A stretch of DNA of 31,031 nucleotides, taken from positions 1-31,031 of the forward strand of contig CAZUNK010000066.1 in the NCBI GenBank assembly GCA_964622285.1, read 5' to 3'. Shown here piece by piece: positions 21,180 through 29,684 of this stretch. The translations under genes and the position numbers were made by a program. Positions within the stretch are counted from its first letter, which is position 1; each line of letters opens with the position of its first letter. Under the pieces are notes generated by a model. It saw nothing but the letters and a program-made list of their open reading frames with translations, had not been told where the DNA came from and did no database searches. Origin of the DNA: an uncultured Spirochaetia bacterium. GTDB taxonomy: Bacteria > Desulfobacterota_D > UBA1144 > Nemesobacterales > JAJCZQ01.

Positions 21180-22814
21180 ATAGAGAACATATACGGAAAA
21201 ACATCTGGATTAACAAAATCTCAGCTCAAAACCATCTCAAAGCTCTACAGACGGCGAGTTCAGCCGTCCAGTCTTATTAGTGCCGAGCTTGTAAGAACCC
21301 TCACAAGCACTTCCCACGAAATTGGTAGAAAGATATCCTTACTTATCAACAGAAGGGGCAAGGTCCATTCAGTGTTTCTTGGCGACGCGTATGAAGTTGA
21401 TTATGAAAAGATTCTGGGAAGGTTCAGAGAAGCCAAGTTCAGATTAAGGGGTTTTAAGGTGGTCCATTCTCATTTTAACGATTTCAGCCTGTCCAAGGAC
21501 GATCTTACCACCCTTGTGAATGAACGGCTGGATATGATGGGCGTAGTGGAGGTCAAGGAGAACGGCAGCGCCGGGAAGCTGCAGTTTGCACATATCGTTA
21601 TACCAAACGGTAACTCAGGTGAAAAGTGGAAAATTCATTCGTTCAGCGACGTGGGCAGAGTTGACATTGAATGGAACTATCTTCTGGATGAACTTCAGCA
21701 CAGTTTAGAGAGGTCATACAGGGAACTGGGCGGGGACCTTAATAACGAAGGGGTGTTATTGGTGGGGTTCAGCACTCGGAGCAGAAAAGATGCCCAGCAG
21801 TCGGTGGAAGAACTTAAATCACTATCTAAATCAAGTGAAAAGAGGGTGCTCGGTTCGGTATTTCAGGTAAGAAAGAAGGCTGATCCAAGGTATCTTATAG
21901 GTAAGGGAAAGCTAAAGGAGATCATTCTTGAAGCAGAACACGTTGGCGCGGGCACTATAATTTTTAACGTGGAGCTGACCCCCGCCCAGGTTAATTTAAT
22001 ATCGGCCGAAACCACGTTAAATGTCATAGACAAGACCCAGCTTATATTAGAAATTTTTCAAAGACATGCAACTTCAAGCGAGGGAAAGATCCAGGTCAAA
22101 CTTGCCGACCTGAAATATAATCTGCCACGATTAAGAGGTAAGGGAATTGAGCTTTCTCAACTTGGAGGAGGTATAGGAACAAGGGGACCAGGTGAGACCA
22201 AACTGGAATATCAGCGCAGGGGCATCAGAAGGCAGATTGAAAGGCTTGAGAATCAGATAGACAAGATCAGCTTCAGAAGAAAAGGCACCCGTGAAAGAAG
22301 AACGGCAACAGGTATCAGGTCAATCTCGCTTGTCGGATATACAAACGCGGGCAAATCCACGCTTTTTAATACGCTTACAAATGACAGCGTAAAAGTTCAG
22401 GACAAGCTTTTTTCAACTCTCAGTCCTACTACCAGAAAGATCAGGCTTCCTTCAGGGACGGACGTGTTGATAATAGATACCGTGGGGTTTATCACTGGTT
22501 TACCGGAAGATCTGATAAATGCTTTCAGGGCAACCCTTGAAGAGATAGGCGAAGCCGATCTTCTTCTGCACGTAATTGATGCAAGCGATCCAATGGTTGA
22601 AGAAAAAATAGAGTCCGTAGAAGATATACTGAACTCCATGGGTTTTGGAGATATTCCCATGTTGAAGGTTTTCAATAAAAGGGATAAGACCGACGAGAAA
22701 ACCGTTGGATTTATAGAAAGAGCATACGGTACAACCGTGGTTTCTGCTTTGAATAAGGCTAATATAAAAGAGCTGTTGTCTTTAATTGATCAGAACGTTG
22801 AAAAATTTCCCTAA
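21180..22814 (+). CDS. hflX: Ribosome-splitting GTPase HflX, long N-terminal form, probable ATA start
   Basis: G1 GYTNAGKST, G3 DTVG, G4 NKRD and RGPGETKLE. Frame is open from the TAA at 21174-21176, and codons from 21180 read (M)ENIYGKTSGL...KLYRRR. Confidence 0.93.
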   Translation: MENIYGKTSGLTKSQLKTISKLYRRRVQPSSLISAELVRTLTSTSHEIGRKISLLINRRGKVHSVFLGDAYEVDYEKILGRFREAKFRLRGFKVVHSHFNDFSLSKDDLTTLVNERLDMMGVVEVKENGSAGKLQFAHIVIPNGNSGEKWKIHSFSDVGRVDIEWNYLLDELQHSLERSYRELGGDLNNEGVLLVGFSTRSRKDAQQSVEELKSLSKSSEKRVLGSVFQVRKKADPRYLIGKGKLKEIILEAEHVGAGTIIFNVELTPAQVNLISAETTLNVIDKTQLILEIFQRHATSSEGKIQVKLADLKYNLPRLRGKGIELSQLGGGIGTRGPGETKLEYQRRGIRRQIERLENQIDKISFRRKGTRERRTATGIRSISLVGYTNAGKSTLFNTLTNDSVKVQDKLFSTLSPTTRKIRLPSGTDVLIIDTVGFITGLPEDLINAFRATLEEIGEADLLLHVIDASDPMVEEKIESVEDILNSMGFGDIPMLKVFNKRDKTDEKTVGFIERAYGTTVVSALNKANIKELLSLIDQNVEKFP

Positions 22815-22879
22815 CCTGAAAAATTAGCAAAGTTGGTTTTTCTCTGCACCATCTTCTGCCAATAAACTCCAAAGATAAT

Positions 22880-22910
22880 AAAAAAGGGGCGAATTCTTCG
22901 CCCCTTTTTT
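22880..22910. terminator. Bidirectional intrinsic terminator between hflX and the convergent RHH-like gene
   Basis: Perfect inverted repeat AAAAAAGGGGCGAA-TTC-TTCGCCCCTTTTTT, giving a U-tract on both strands. Confidence 0.92.
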
Positions 22911-22933
22911 AAAGGTTTATAACCTAATATTCT

Positions 22934-23125
22934 CTACCAGGGTTTTGATGCGTCATCTTGACCTTTCAGATTTTTGATCCATTTAGAATCATCATAATTA
23001 GACGTACCAAAAGTGAGCGCCAGGTTAGCTATAATAACCCCAACCTCGTTATTACCTGTCTGCTCTGCCCTTTTTTTAATCTTATTATGAATTGGGTCTG
23101 GAATATTTAGCGTTATCTCTGCCAT
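22934..23125 (-). CDS. 63-aa protein with ribbon-helix-helix-like N-terminus
   Basis: EITLNIPDPIHNKIKKRAEQTG fits the CopG/Arc strand-helix pattern. Strong SD AGGAGG. Confidence 0.75.
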   Translation of the reverse strand: MAEITLNIPDPIHNKIKKRAEQTGNNEVGVIIANLALTFGTSNYDDSKWIKNLKGQDDASKPW

Positions 23126-23159
23126 TGTTGTAACCTCCTACTAAATTGTTTTTCAGAAA

Positions 23160-24170
23160 TTAGTCAGCGTCTCCAATACCTTTTTTCTCCCTGTACTCCT
23201 GAATTACTTCTCTTTTTACGGTAGGAGTGAGAGAAAAGTTTGGATCAGGCGTAGCTCCTTCGGCAGACGCCTTAACCTGGTCTGCGGGAAGATGAGTGAA
23301 TTTCTTGTCTCCTGCAACTGCTCCCAACTGGGATTCCTCAAATTGCCAGTCAGTTAACCATTCATCTCCAAGACCGAAACGTCTTGTAAGTTTGTTGACC
23401 TCTTCAAGTCTGCCGGGAAGGGGTCCTTCTGGCTGAAGCAGTTTCAGATCTTTAAGAAGTTTCACAGTTTCCGGGTCCCTGGGAAAAGGATTACCAACTC
23501 TCTTCTCAAAGAACATGGTATCAAATGGAGGACGACATCTCTGTCCACCACCATCCATTTTCTCTGCGGGATAACCAACGGTCATCAACCAACTGAACAC
23601 GTATGTATCAGGAAGTCCAAATTTTGCCTTTGTGTTTCTCCTTGCACCGCCGCTTGCACCGTTAAGGCATGTTCCTAGTCCTAATGCCGTTGCGGCCAGT
23701 ATAGCGTTTTCGATCGCGTTTCCTAGATCAATTGCGGCAAGTCGATGCAATACAGCATCCGGAAGCAGTCCAGGCAAGGGGAACAGGTTTGATACCCTGT
23801 CATACTCCCAACCATGTGCCTTGTCCAATGCTCCGGTTCTCATTAGATCGTGAATGGACTGTCCCTGTGTGTCATAATTAGCCATATCGTAGCACCAAAA
23901 AACAAGCACGGGTGCCATCTGAGTGGTTATCTGACTCCAGTCTGAAATGAACTCCCATATTTCAGGGTCCTCATCTCTGTATACTACAATTGCTCTTTGA
24001 CCATTGAAGTTACCTGCTGATGGTGCAAGTCTGGCAGCTTCCAGCATTGCCTGGATTTTCCATTTTTCCACCTGCTGATGAGGTTCATACCATCTGATAG
24101 ACCTCCTGGTGCCTATAGCATCAAAAGTGTCTAATAAATTAACTTCACTGGCTGAAGGTACATTGCTCAT
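23160..24170 (-). CDS. Nitroreductase-family flavoprotein with a long C-terminal extension
   Basis: RRSIR FMN motif, AARLAPSAGN, AILAATALGLGTC and VGYP. SD AAGGAGG. Confidence 0.9.
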   Translation of the reverse strand: MSNVPSASEVNLLDTFDAIGTRRSIRWYEPHQQVEKWKIQAMLEAARLAPSAGNFNGQRAIVVYRDEDPEIWEFISDWSQITTQMAPVLVFWCYDMANYDTQGQSIHDLMRTGALDKAHGWEYDRVSNLFPLPGLLPDAVLHRLAAIDLGNAIENAILAATALGLGTCLNGASGGARRNTKAKFGLPDTYVFSWLMTVGYPAEKMDGGGQRCRPPFDTMFFEKRVGNPFPRDPETVKLLKDLKLLQPEGPLPGRLEEVNKLTRRFGLGDEWLTDWQFEESQLGAVAGDKKFTHLPADQVKASAEGATPDPNFSLTPTVKREVIQEYREKKGIGDAD

Positions 24171-24224
24171 TGTAAATCCTCCTTATGTGTTTTTTAGCAA
24201 ATTTAATTACCAACCTCTTGATAG

Positions 24225-24253
24225 ATGATATTATTTCACAGTGCGTTTGTCAA
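24225..24253 (-). promoter_or_regulatory. Near-consensus sigma70 promoter of the nitroreductase operon
   Basis: Minus strand TTGACA-N17-TATCAT. Confidence 0.75.
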
Positions 24254-24270
24254 GATTTAAGTAAAATACA

Positions 24271-24299
24271 TTTACAAAACGTCTTTAGGGGTTTAAAAT
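24271..24299 (+). promoter_or_regulatory. Sigma70 promoter of the thiolase gene, back-to-back with the nitroreductase promoter
   Basis: TTTACA-N17-TAAAAT, with an extra TATAAT at 24303-24308. Confidence 0.6.
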
Positions 24300-24331
24300 T
24301 AGTATAATTTTTAGCAAGGAGGAAAGAGATT

Positions 24332-25492
24332 ATGAGCGAACTTAAAAATGTTTACATTATAGGGGTGGGAAATACAGCCTGCGGAAGATTTCCGGACAAA
24401 CCTGCGCATATTCTTGCGAGGCAAGCTGCCTGGGAGGCAATTAAAGATGCTGATATTCATCCCCGGAAAATAGAGATTGCTTTTTGTGGTCACGTTTATC
24501 AGGGTATGGGAGTGGGGCAGAGAGCACTTAAGGAAATTGGTCTTGTAGGGCAACCAACCATTAACGTTGAGGGAGCATGTGGAAGTGGAACACTGTCGTT
24601 TTGGGAGGCATGGAGGACGGTGGCTTATGGTCAGTACGATGTAGCACTTGCTCTTGGCGTTGAGAACCTGAGCAGGGTACTGTCCGGTGGGCCGCTACCA
24701 CTTGAAGAGGATGATCTTGAAGTTTCGCTGGGCATGGGCATGCCGGGACTTTATGCAATAAGAGCAAAAAAATATATGGATGAATACGGGGTTTCAATGG
24801 AGCAGCTCGCTAAAGTGGTTGTTAAAAGCAGGTACCACGCTTCACTGAATCCAAACGCGCAGTACAGAAAAACCACTACGGTTGAAGAAGTGCTTGATGC
24901 TCCAATGATCGCAGACCCGCTCACGCGTAACATGTGCTGTCCCGTAGGCGATGCAGCCGCGGCGGCGGTTCTTGTTTCAGAGGATCTTCTGGACGAGTAT
25001 GCCAAAAAAATGCCAATCAAGGTGCTGGGCTGTGTTGCTCAGTCAGGTAAGTACAGCAGTGCGACCGGCCTTACATGTGACCCCTCAGAGAACGTTGTTA
25101 GAACGTCCAAGCTGGCTTATGAAATGGCAGGACTGGGTCCTGAGGACATGGACTTGGCTGAAATACATGATGCATTTTCCATTGCAGAGATGATGGTTGT
25201 GGAAGCGCTTGGCTTCTGTGAAAAAGGTGAAGGAGCAACGCTGATTGACGAGGAAAGCACATGGCTGGGAGGAGATAAGGTTACCGTTAATCCAAGCGGT
25301 GGTTTATTGTCCCGCGGACATCCCGTTGGCGCAACCGGACTGCTACAGACTGCCGAACTTGTGTATCACTTAAGGGGAGTTGCCGGAGAACGTCAGGTAA
25401 AGGATGCCAAGGTAGGTATTATAGAAACGATGGGCGGAGCCCAGCCCGCAATGGACGGTATAACGTGCGTTGTGAGCATACTGGGCACATGA
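24332..25492 (+). CDS. Thiolase family protein, SCP2-thiolase-like
   Basis: NVEGACGSG (nucleophile Cys), EIHDAF and NPSGGLLSRGHPVGATG. SD AAGGAGG. Confidence 0.9.
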   Translation: MSELKNVYIIGVGNTACGRFPDKPAHILARQAAWEAIKDADIHPRKIEIAFCGHVYQGMGVGQRALKEIGLVGQPTINVEGACGSGTLSFWEAWRTVAYGQYDVALALGVENLSRVLSGGPLPLEEDDLEVSLGMGMPGLYAIRAKKYMDEYGVSMEQLAKVVVKSRYHASLNPNAQYRKTTTVEEVLDAPMIADPLTRNMCCPVGDAAAAAVLVSEDLLDEYAKKMPIKVLGCVAQSGKYSSATGLTCDPSENVVRTSKLAYEMAGLGPEDMDLAEIHDAFSIAEMMVVEALGFCEKGEGATLIDEESTWLGGDKVTVNPSGGLLSRGHPVGATGLLQTAELVYHLRGVAGERQVKDAKVGIIETMGGAQPAMDGITCVVSILGT

Positions 25493-25524
25493 TCAGTTAA
25501 ATTCCTTTAGATAACAGATTTTTT

Positions 25525-25565
25525 AAAAGCCGTGCTACCGCAGATCTGGTAACGCGGCTTTTTTT
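25525..25565 (+). terminator. Intrinsic terminator after the thiolase
   Basis: AAAAGCCGTGCTACC-GCAGATCT-GGTAACGCGGCTTTTTTT. Confidence 0.8.
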
Positions 25566-25680
25566 CACCCAAGGTATGTTTTTGACAATACAGGAAATTA
25601 ACAGTAACTCTATATTAAACTCAGTACCCCTGAGGGCTGTTTGTGGTGGAGGGTCTGCTGAGGTCAGCTAAGTTTTTATC

Positions 25681-27942
25681 ATGGCGAAGAACAGAAGATC
25701 CATACATAAAGACAGCAGTTCCACTTTAGTCAGTGAGATACTTTCGGCAGTTCTGTTTACGGTCGGTCTTTTTTCATTTCTGAGCCTGATATTTTACAGT
25801 TCGGAATCCACATATGACCTTAAGAACACCATGGGGGCTATAGGTGTTTTTATTTCCGGAACTTTGGGACACTCGTTCGGGGTTGTCTCCTTTTTTATTC
25901 CATTTGCCATGTTTTATTCCGCTTACGTTGTGTTTACAAATAAGCTCAGGATGGCTCAGCTGGCAAAGACGCTGTTTGCCGTTATTTTCGTTCTGTCCTT
26001 AACAACTATCGTTGGGCTGACGTTTAAAGGAAATCTCCTTGGATATGATCCGGCAGGTGGTCTGGTGGGAAGTTTCCTGTCTTTAAGAATAAAAGATTCA
26101 TTTGCGGGAACTCTGGGGTCTTACATCATAGTAACGGTCTTTCTCCTGATGAGCTTAATGTTAATAACCGAATATAAACTGTCCCGTTTTTTTGCTTTGT
26201 TAAAAGACGTTACGATCAATTTTACCAAAGCCGCTTACGGCTTAACTATAAAAAAAATCCCTGAACTTCTGCCTGATAAAACAAACGTTAAGAACAAGCC
26301 TCAGACTACTCCGCAAAGCAAGAAGGAACAACCGGTAATTTCTTTCAGACGCGGGGATGAGGTTGAAAAAGATGTGCTGGGCGGAGACAGCGAGGAGTCC
26401 TCGTCCCCTAAAATTGTACTGGAGCTGGACAGAGATGTTCCAAAGCACGATGGCTCGCCGGACCAGGATGAGGAGGCGCCGTCACCCTGGAACAGGGATT
26501 TTGAACTTCCTTCTCCCGAACTGCTTGATATAAGTGACGAAACCGAGATAAAGGTTGACGAGGAATTTAAAGAATTTATCGAGCGGGAATCAAGGTTGAT
26601 CGAAGATAAGCTGAAGGACTTTAAAATTTCGGGCAAAGTGACGGAAGTAAGGCCCGGTCCCGTGATCACGATGTTTGAGTACAAACCTGCTCCGGGAGTT
26701 AAAATCAGCAAGATCTCTTCTCTGTCACATGATCTTGCAATGGGACTGAGTGCGCTGAGCGTAAGAATAATTGCACCAATACCCGGCAAGAACGTAATTG
26801 GCATTGAAGTTCCAAATCAGGAAAGAGAGGTGGTTATGATCAGGGACCTTATTGAGGCCCCTGAGTTTATGGACAAGCACTCGGTCCTTACTCTTGCGCT
26901 TGGAAAGGATATTTCAGGAAAGCCATTCTACACTGATTTAAGAAGAGCACCTCATTTAATGATCGCTGGAACCACCGGGTCTGGTAAGAGCGTGCTGTTG
27001 AACGCAATTCTTGCCAGCCTTGTTTATAAGTTAACCCCACGCGAGCTCAAGTTTATTATGATAGACCCCAAAATGCTTGAACTGTCAATTTACGAGGGCA
27101 TACCACATCTGCTTCATCCCGTCGTTACGGAACCGGTTAAAGCTGCGGCGGCGCTTAAGTGGGCAGTGAGAGAGATGGAAGACAGGTACCGGTTGCTTTC
27201 CGAAGAAGGGGTAAGGGATCTGGAGACCTATAATAAAAAAATTGAAACTGAAGACCCTGAAAACGAGCTGGACAGGTGGATGCCTTATATAGTTATTGTA
27301 ATTGATGAACTGGCAGATCTTATGATGATCGCGCCAGTTGAAATCAAGGAATCTATTACAAGACTTTCACAGAAGGCAAGAGCGGCAGGGATTCATCTTG
27401 TGGTTGCAACTCAGAGGCCTTCTGCGGACATTGTAGCCGGACTCTTAAAAGCTAATTTTCCTTCAAGGATCTCATTTCATGTGTCATCTAAAATTGACTC
27501 AAGAATAATACTGGACACAGGTGGAGCGGAGAACCTTCTTGGAAAAGGCGATATGTTATACTGGAAACCGGGCGCTTCTTCGCTGATCAGAATTCAGGGA
27601 GCTTTAATATCAGACCGGGAGAGGGAAAGGATCACTGAACATCTAAAGACCCAGGGACAACCTGAATATAATGAAAATATTACGTACGTTGAAGATTCTG
27701 AGGAGAATGCGGAATTTGAAGGAGAAAAAGATGAACTGTATAATTCTGCCCTGAGAGTTGTCCTGGAAAAGAGACAGGCTTCTGTGTCCATGCTTCAAAG
27801 AAGACTTAATATAGGTTACAACCGAGCGGCGAACATAATAGAGATGATGGAGCGGGAAGGTGTTGTGGGTCCTCAGGAATCCGCGGGAAAACCAAGGGAG
27901 GTCTATATGGATATAACTCAAATAGAGGGGTTGTCCAGTTGA
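25681..27942 (+). CDS. ftsK: DNA translocase FtsK/SpoIIIE
   Basis: N-terminal TMs, Walker A GTTGSGKS, IDELADLM, ATQRPS and gamma domain LQRRLNIGYNRAA. Confidence 0.97.
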   Translation: MAKNRRSIHKDSSSTLVSEILSAVLFTVGLFSFLSLIFYSSESTYDLKNTMGAIGVFISGTLGHSFGVVSFFIPFAMFYSAYVVFTNKLRMAQLAKTLFAVIFVLSLTTIVGLTFKGNLLGYDPAGGLVGSFLSLRIKDSFAGTLGSYIIVTVFLLMSLMLITEYKLSRFFALLKDVTINFTKAAYGLTIKKIPELLPDKTNVKNKPQTTPQSKKEQPVISFRRGDEVEKDVLGGDSEESSSPKIVLELDRDVPKHDGSPDQDEEAPSPWNRDFELPSPELLDISDETEIKVDEEFKEFIERESRLIEDKLKDFKISGKVTEVRPGPVITMFEYKPAPGVKISKISSLSHDLAMGLSALSVRIIAPIPGKNVIGIEVPNQEREVVMIRDLIEAPEFMDKHSVLTLALGKDISGKPFYTDLRRAPHLMIAGTTGSGKSVLLNAILASLVYKLTPRELKFIMIDPKMLELSIYEGIPHLLHPVVTEPVKAAAALKWAVREMEDRYRLLSEEGVRDLETYNKKIETEDPENELDRWMPYIVIVIDELADLMMIAPVEIKESITRLSQKARAAGIHLVVATQRPSADIVAGLLKANFPSRISFHVSSKIDSRIILDTGGAENLLGKGDMLYWKPGASSLIRIQGALISDRERERITEHLKTQGQPEYNENITYVEDSEENAEFEGEKDELYNSALRVVLEKRQASVSMLQRRLNIGYNRAANIIEMMEREGVVGPQESAGKPREVYMDITQIEGLSS

Positions 27943-28613
27943 GAAAAAGAGTTTATCTGATACTGATCTTTGCATTACTTGTTTCCAGTCAGTCTGCTTT
28001 GTCAAACAAGAAGGGGAAATTGGATGAAATTGTGGACAGAGTACAGAAAAAGTACAATGAAATAACTGACTACCGTGCTGATTTTTTTCAAGAGGCTGAA
28101 GTAAGAGCGCTGGGCAAGACGCAGACGGCCTCAGGAACAGTATGGCTTAAAAAACCTGACAAAATGAAATGGGTTTATAAAGACCCCACAAAAGAAGTGT
28201 ACATTTCAAATGGAAAGAAGATGCTTTACTACAACGAACGGGACAACCAGGTGCTGGAGTCAACGTTTGCTGAGATCAGTCAAAGCACCAATTCTATAAT
28301 GCTTCTTTCAGGCTTGGGAGAGATCAAAAAATTTTATAAGATCAGATTGTTAGATGATAAAGCCTTAAGTGCGAACGACGCTGATCTGCTTGAACTTGTT
28401 CCAAACGGTGCAGGCGATGATGACAGCAGGGTGGTTATAAGGGTAAGCAGGTTGATCTCGCTTGTAGATACAATTTACCTTTTTGATCCCTTTGGCAATC
28501 AAACCAGAATTTCACTTTCCAAAGTCCGGACGAACGTTAATATCCCCGACAGTGTTTTTGTATTTAAACCTCCAAAAGGCACAGAAGTGATAAAACTGCC
28601 TGCTAAAAGATGA
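27939..28613 (+). CDS. lolA: Outer-membrane lipoprotein carrier LolA family
   Basis: Signal peptide, ADFFQ, KKPDKMKWVY and FVFKPPKG. Conserved ftsK-lolA order. TTG start overlaps the ftsK stop. Confidence 0.88.
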   Translation: MRKRVYLILIFALLVSSQSALSNKKGKLDEIVDRVQKKYNEITDYRADFFQEAEVRALGKTQTASGTVWLKKPDKMKWVYKDPTKEVYISNGKKMLYYNERDNQVLESTFAEISQSTNSIMLLSGLGEIKKFYKIRLLDDKALSANDADLLELVPNGAGDDDSRVVIRVSRLISLVDTIYLFDPFGNQTRISLSKVRTNVNIPDSVFVFKPPKGTEVIKLPAKR

Positions 28614-28650
28614 CCTGTGGATTATCAGCAAGATTAAGCTGCTTATCTTT

Positions 28651-29238
28651 ATGATGAGACTTTTCCTGAAATCACTTTTATTAGTTTTTCTGATCGCGGT
28701 AGTGCTCTGGGGACTGCTTATATTGGACATATACAGAACCTCTCTGGAAAGCAAGAACGATCAAAATGAAAAAGTTGATGCAATAGTGGTTTTAGGTGCC
28801 AGCCAGTGGAAAGGGGTACCCTCTCCTATGCTGAAAGCAAGGCTTGATCATGCTCATGAACTCTACGGGGAAGGTATTGCTGAATATATAATTTTAACCG
28901 GAGGAAAGTCTGAAGGTAACACTATATCTGAAGCCGGCGCAGGTAAGATCTATCTGTACAATAAAGGAGTGCCTGAGGATAAGATACTGACGGAAGGAGA
29001 AAGCAGGACAACAAAGGAAAGTCTGAGGAACGTTGCAGAAATTTTAGAGGACAATGATATAAATGAAGTTTTGTTTGTAAGCCACGGCTACCACCTGTAC
29101 AGAGTAAAAAAGATCGCAGAGCGTAATAATATCAAGAAATCAGGCACATCTGCCGTGAAACTGAAGGATAAGCCCCTCAAATTTAAGTACATATTAAGGG
29201 AAAGTCTGATAGTTCCGTTAATTTATTTTGTGAACTAA
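28651..29238 (+). CDS. YdcF/DUF218 (ElyC/SanA-like) protein
   Basis: N-terminal TM, DAIVVLGA, ARLDHA, LTGG, SEA and SHGYHLYR. Confidence 0.85.
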   Translation: MMRLFLKSLLLVFLIAVVLWGLLILDIYRTSLESKNDQNEKVDAIVVLGASQWKGVPSPMLKARLDHAHELYGEGIAEYIILTGGKSEGNTISEAGAGKIYLYNKGVPEDKILTEGESRTTKESLRNVAEILEDNDINEVLFVSHGYHLYRVKKIAERNNIKKSGTSAVKLKDKPLKFKYILRESLIVPLIYFVN

Positions 29239-29264
29239 CGCCTTGCTCATTTGATAGGCTGCGT

Positions 29265-29630
29265 ATGATTGATATTGATTACGTATTAAAAAGTCTGGCA
29301 AGATCTAAGTTCAGAAGTAAATTCAAACTGCGCGGGAAAGAGATAGAGTATATTGCAGAGAAGGGCATGGACGTAGTGATGCTTCATGCCTCTGATTTTA
29401 TTGATGCTCGCCTTGCTCCTGCTTCCCCTAAAAATGATGGTAAACAGACGCCTTTTGGCGGCCATCCTGTATTTATTGCTCAACATGCAACGGGCACATG
29501 TTGCAGAAGTTGTCTGGAGAAGTGGCACGGCGTGAAAAAGGGAAGGGAACTGAATGATACGCAGAAAAAGTATGTACTGTCCATTATCAGAAGGTGGATT
29601 GGCAGTCAGGTCAGTGGGGACGGTTTTTAG
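29265..29630 (+). CDS. DUF4186 family protein
   Basis: SKFRSKF, NDGKQTP and GHPVFIAQHATGTCCRSCLEKWHG. Confidence 0.85.
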   Translation: MIDIDYVLKSLARSKFRSKFKLRGKEIEYIAEKGMDVVMLHASDFIDARLAPASPKNDGKQTPFGGHPVFIAQHATGTCCRSCLEKWHGVKKGRELNDTQKKYVLSIIRRWIGSQVSGDGF

Positions 29631-29655
29631 TCAGTTCCAGAATTATCTGTTTAAG

Positions 29656-29684
29656 TTGACATAACTCAAAAACAAATATACACT
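29656..29684 (+). promoter_or_regulatory. Sigma70 promoter upstream of the nitrite/sulfite reductase leader
   Basis: TTGACA (29656-29661), 17-nt spacer, TACACT (29679-29684). A second TATAAT lies at 29714-29719. Confidence 0.65.

Noticed and set aside
25620-25669. Small hairpins in the ftsK leader (CTCAG/CTGAG, GCTGA/TCAGC)
   Set aside because: Stems are only 5 bp and overlap each other, with no recognisable family. This is expected by chance in a G-rich patch.
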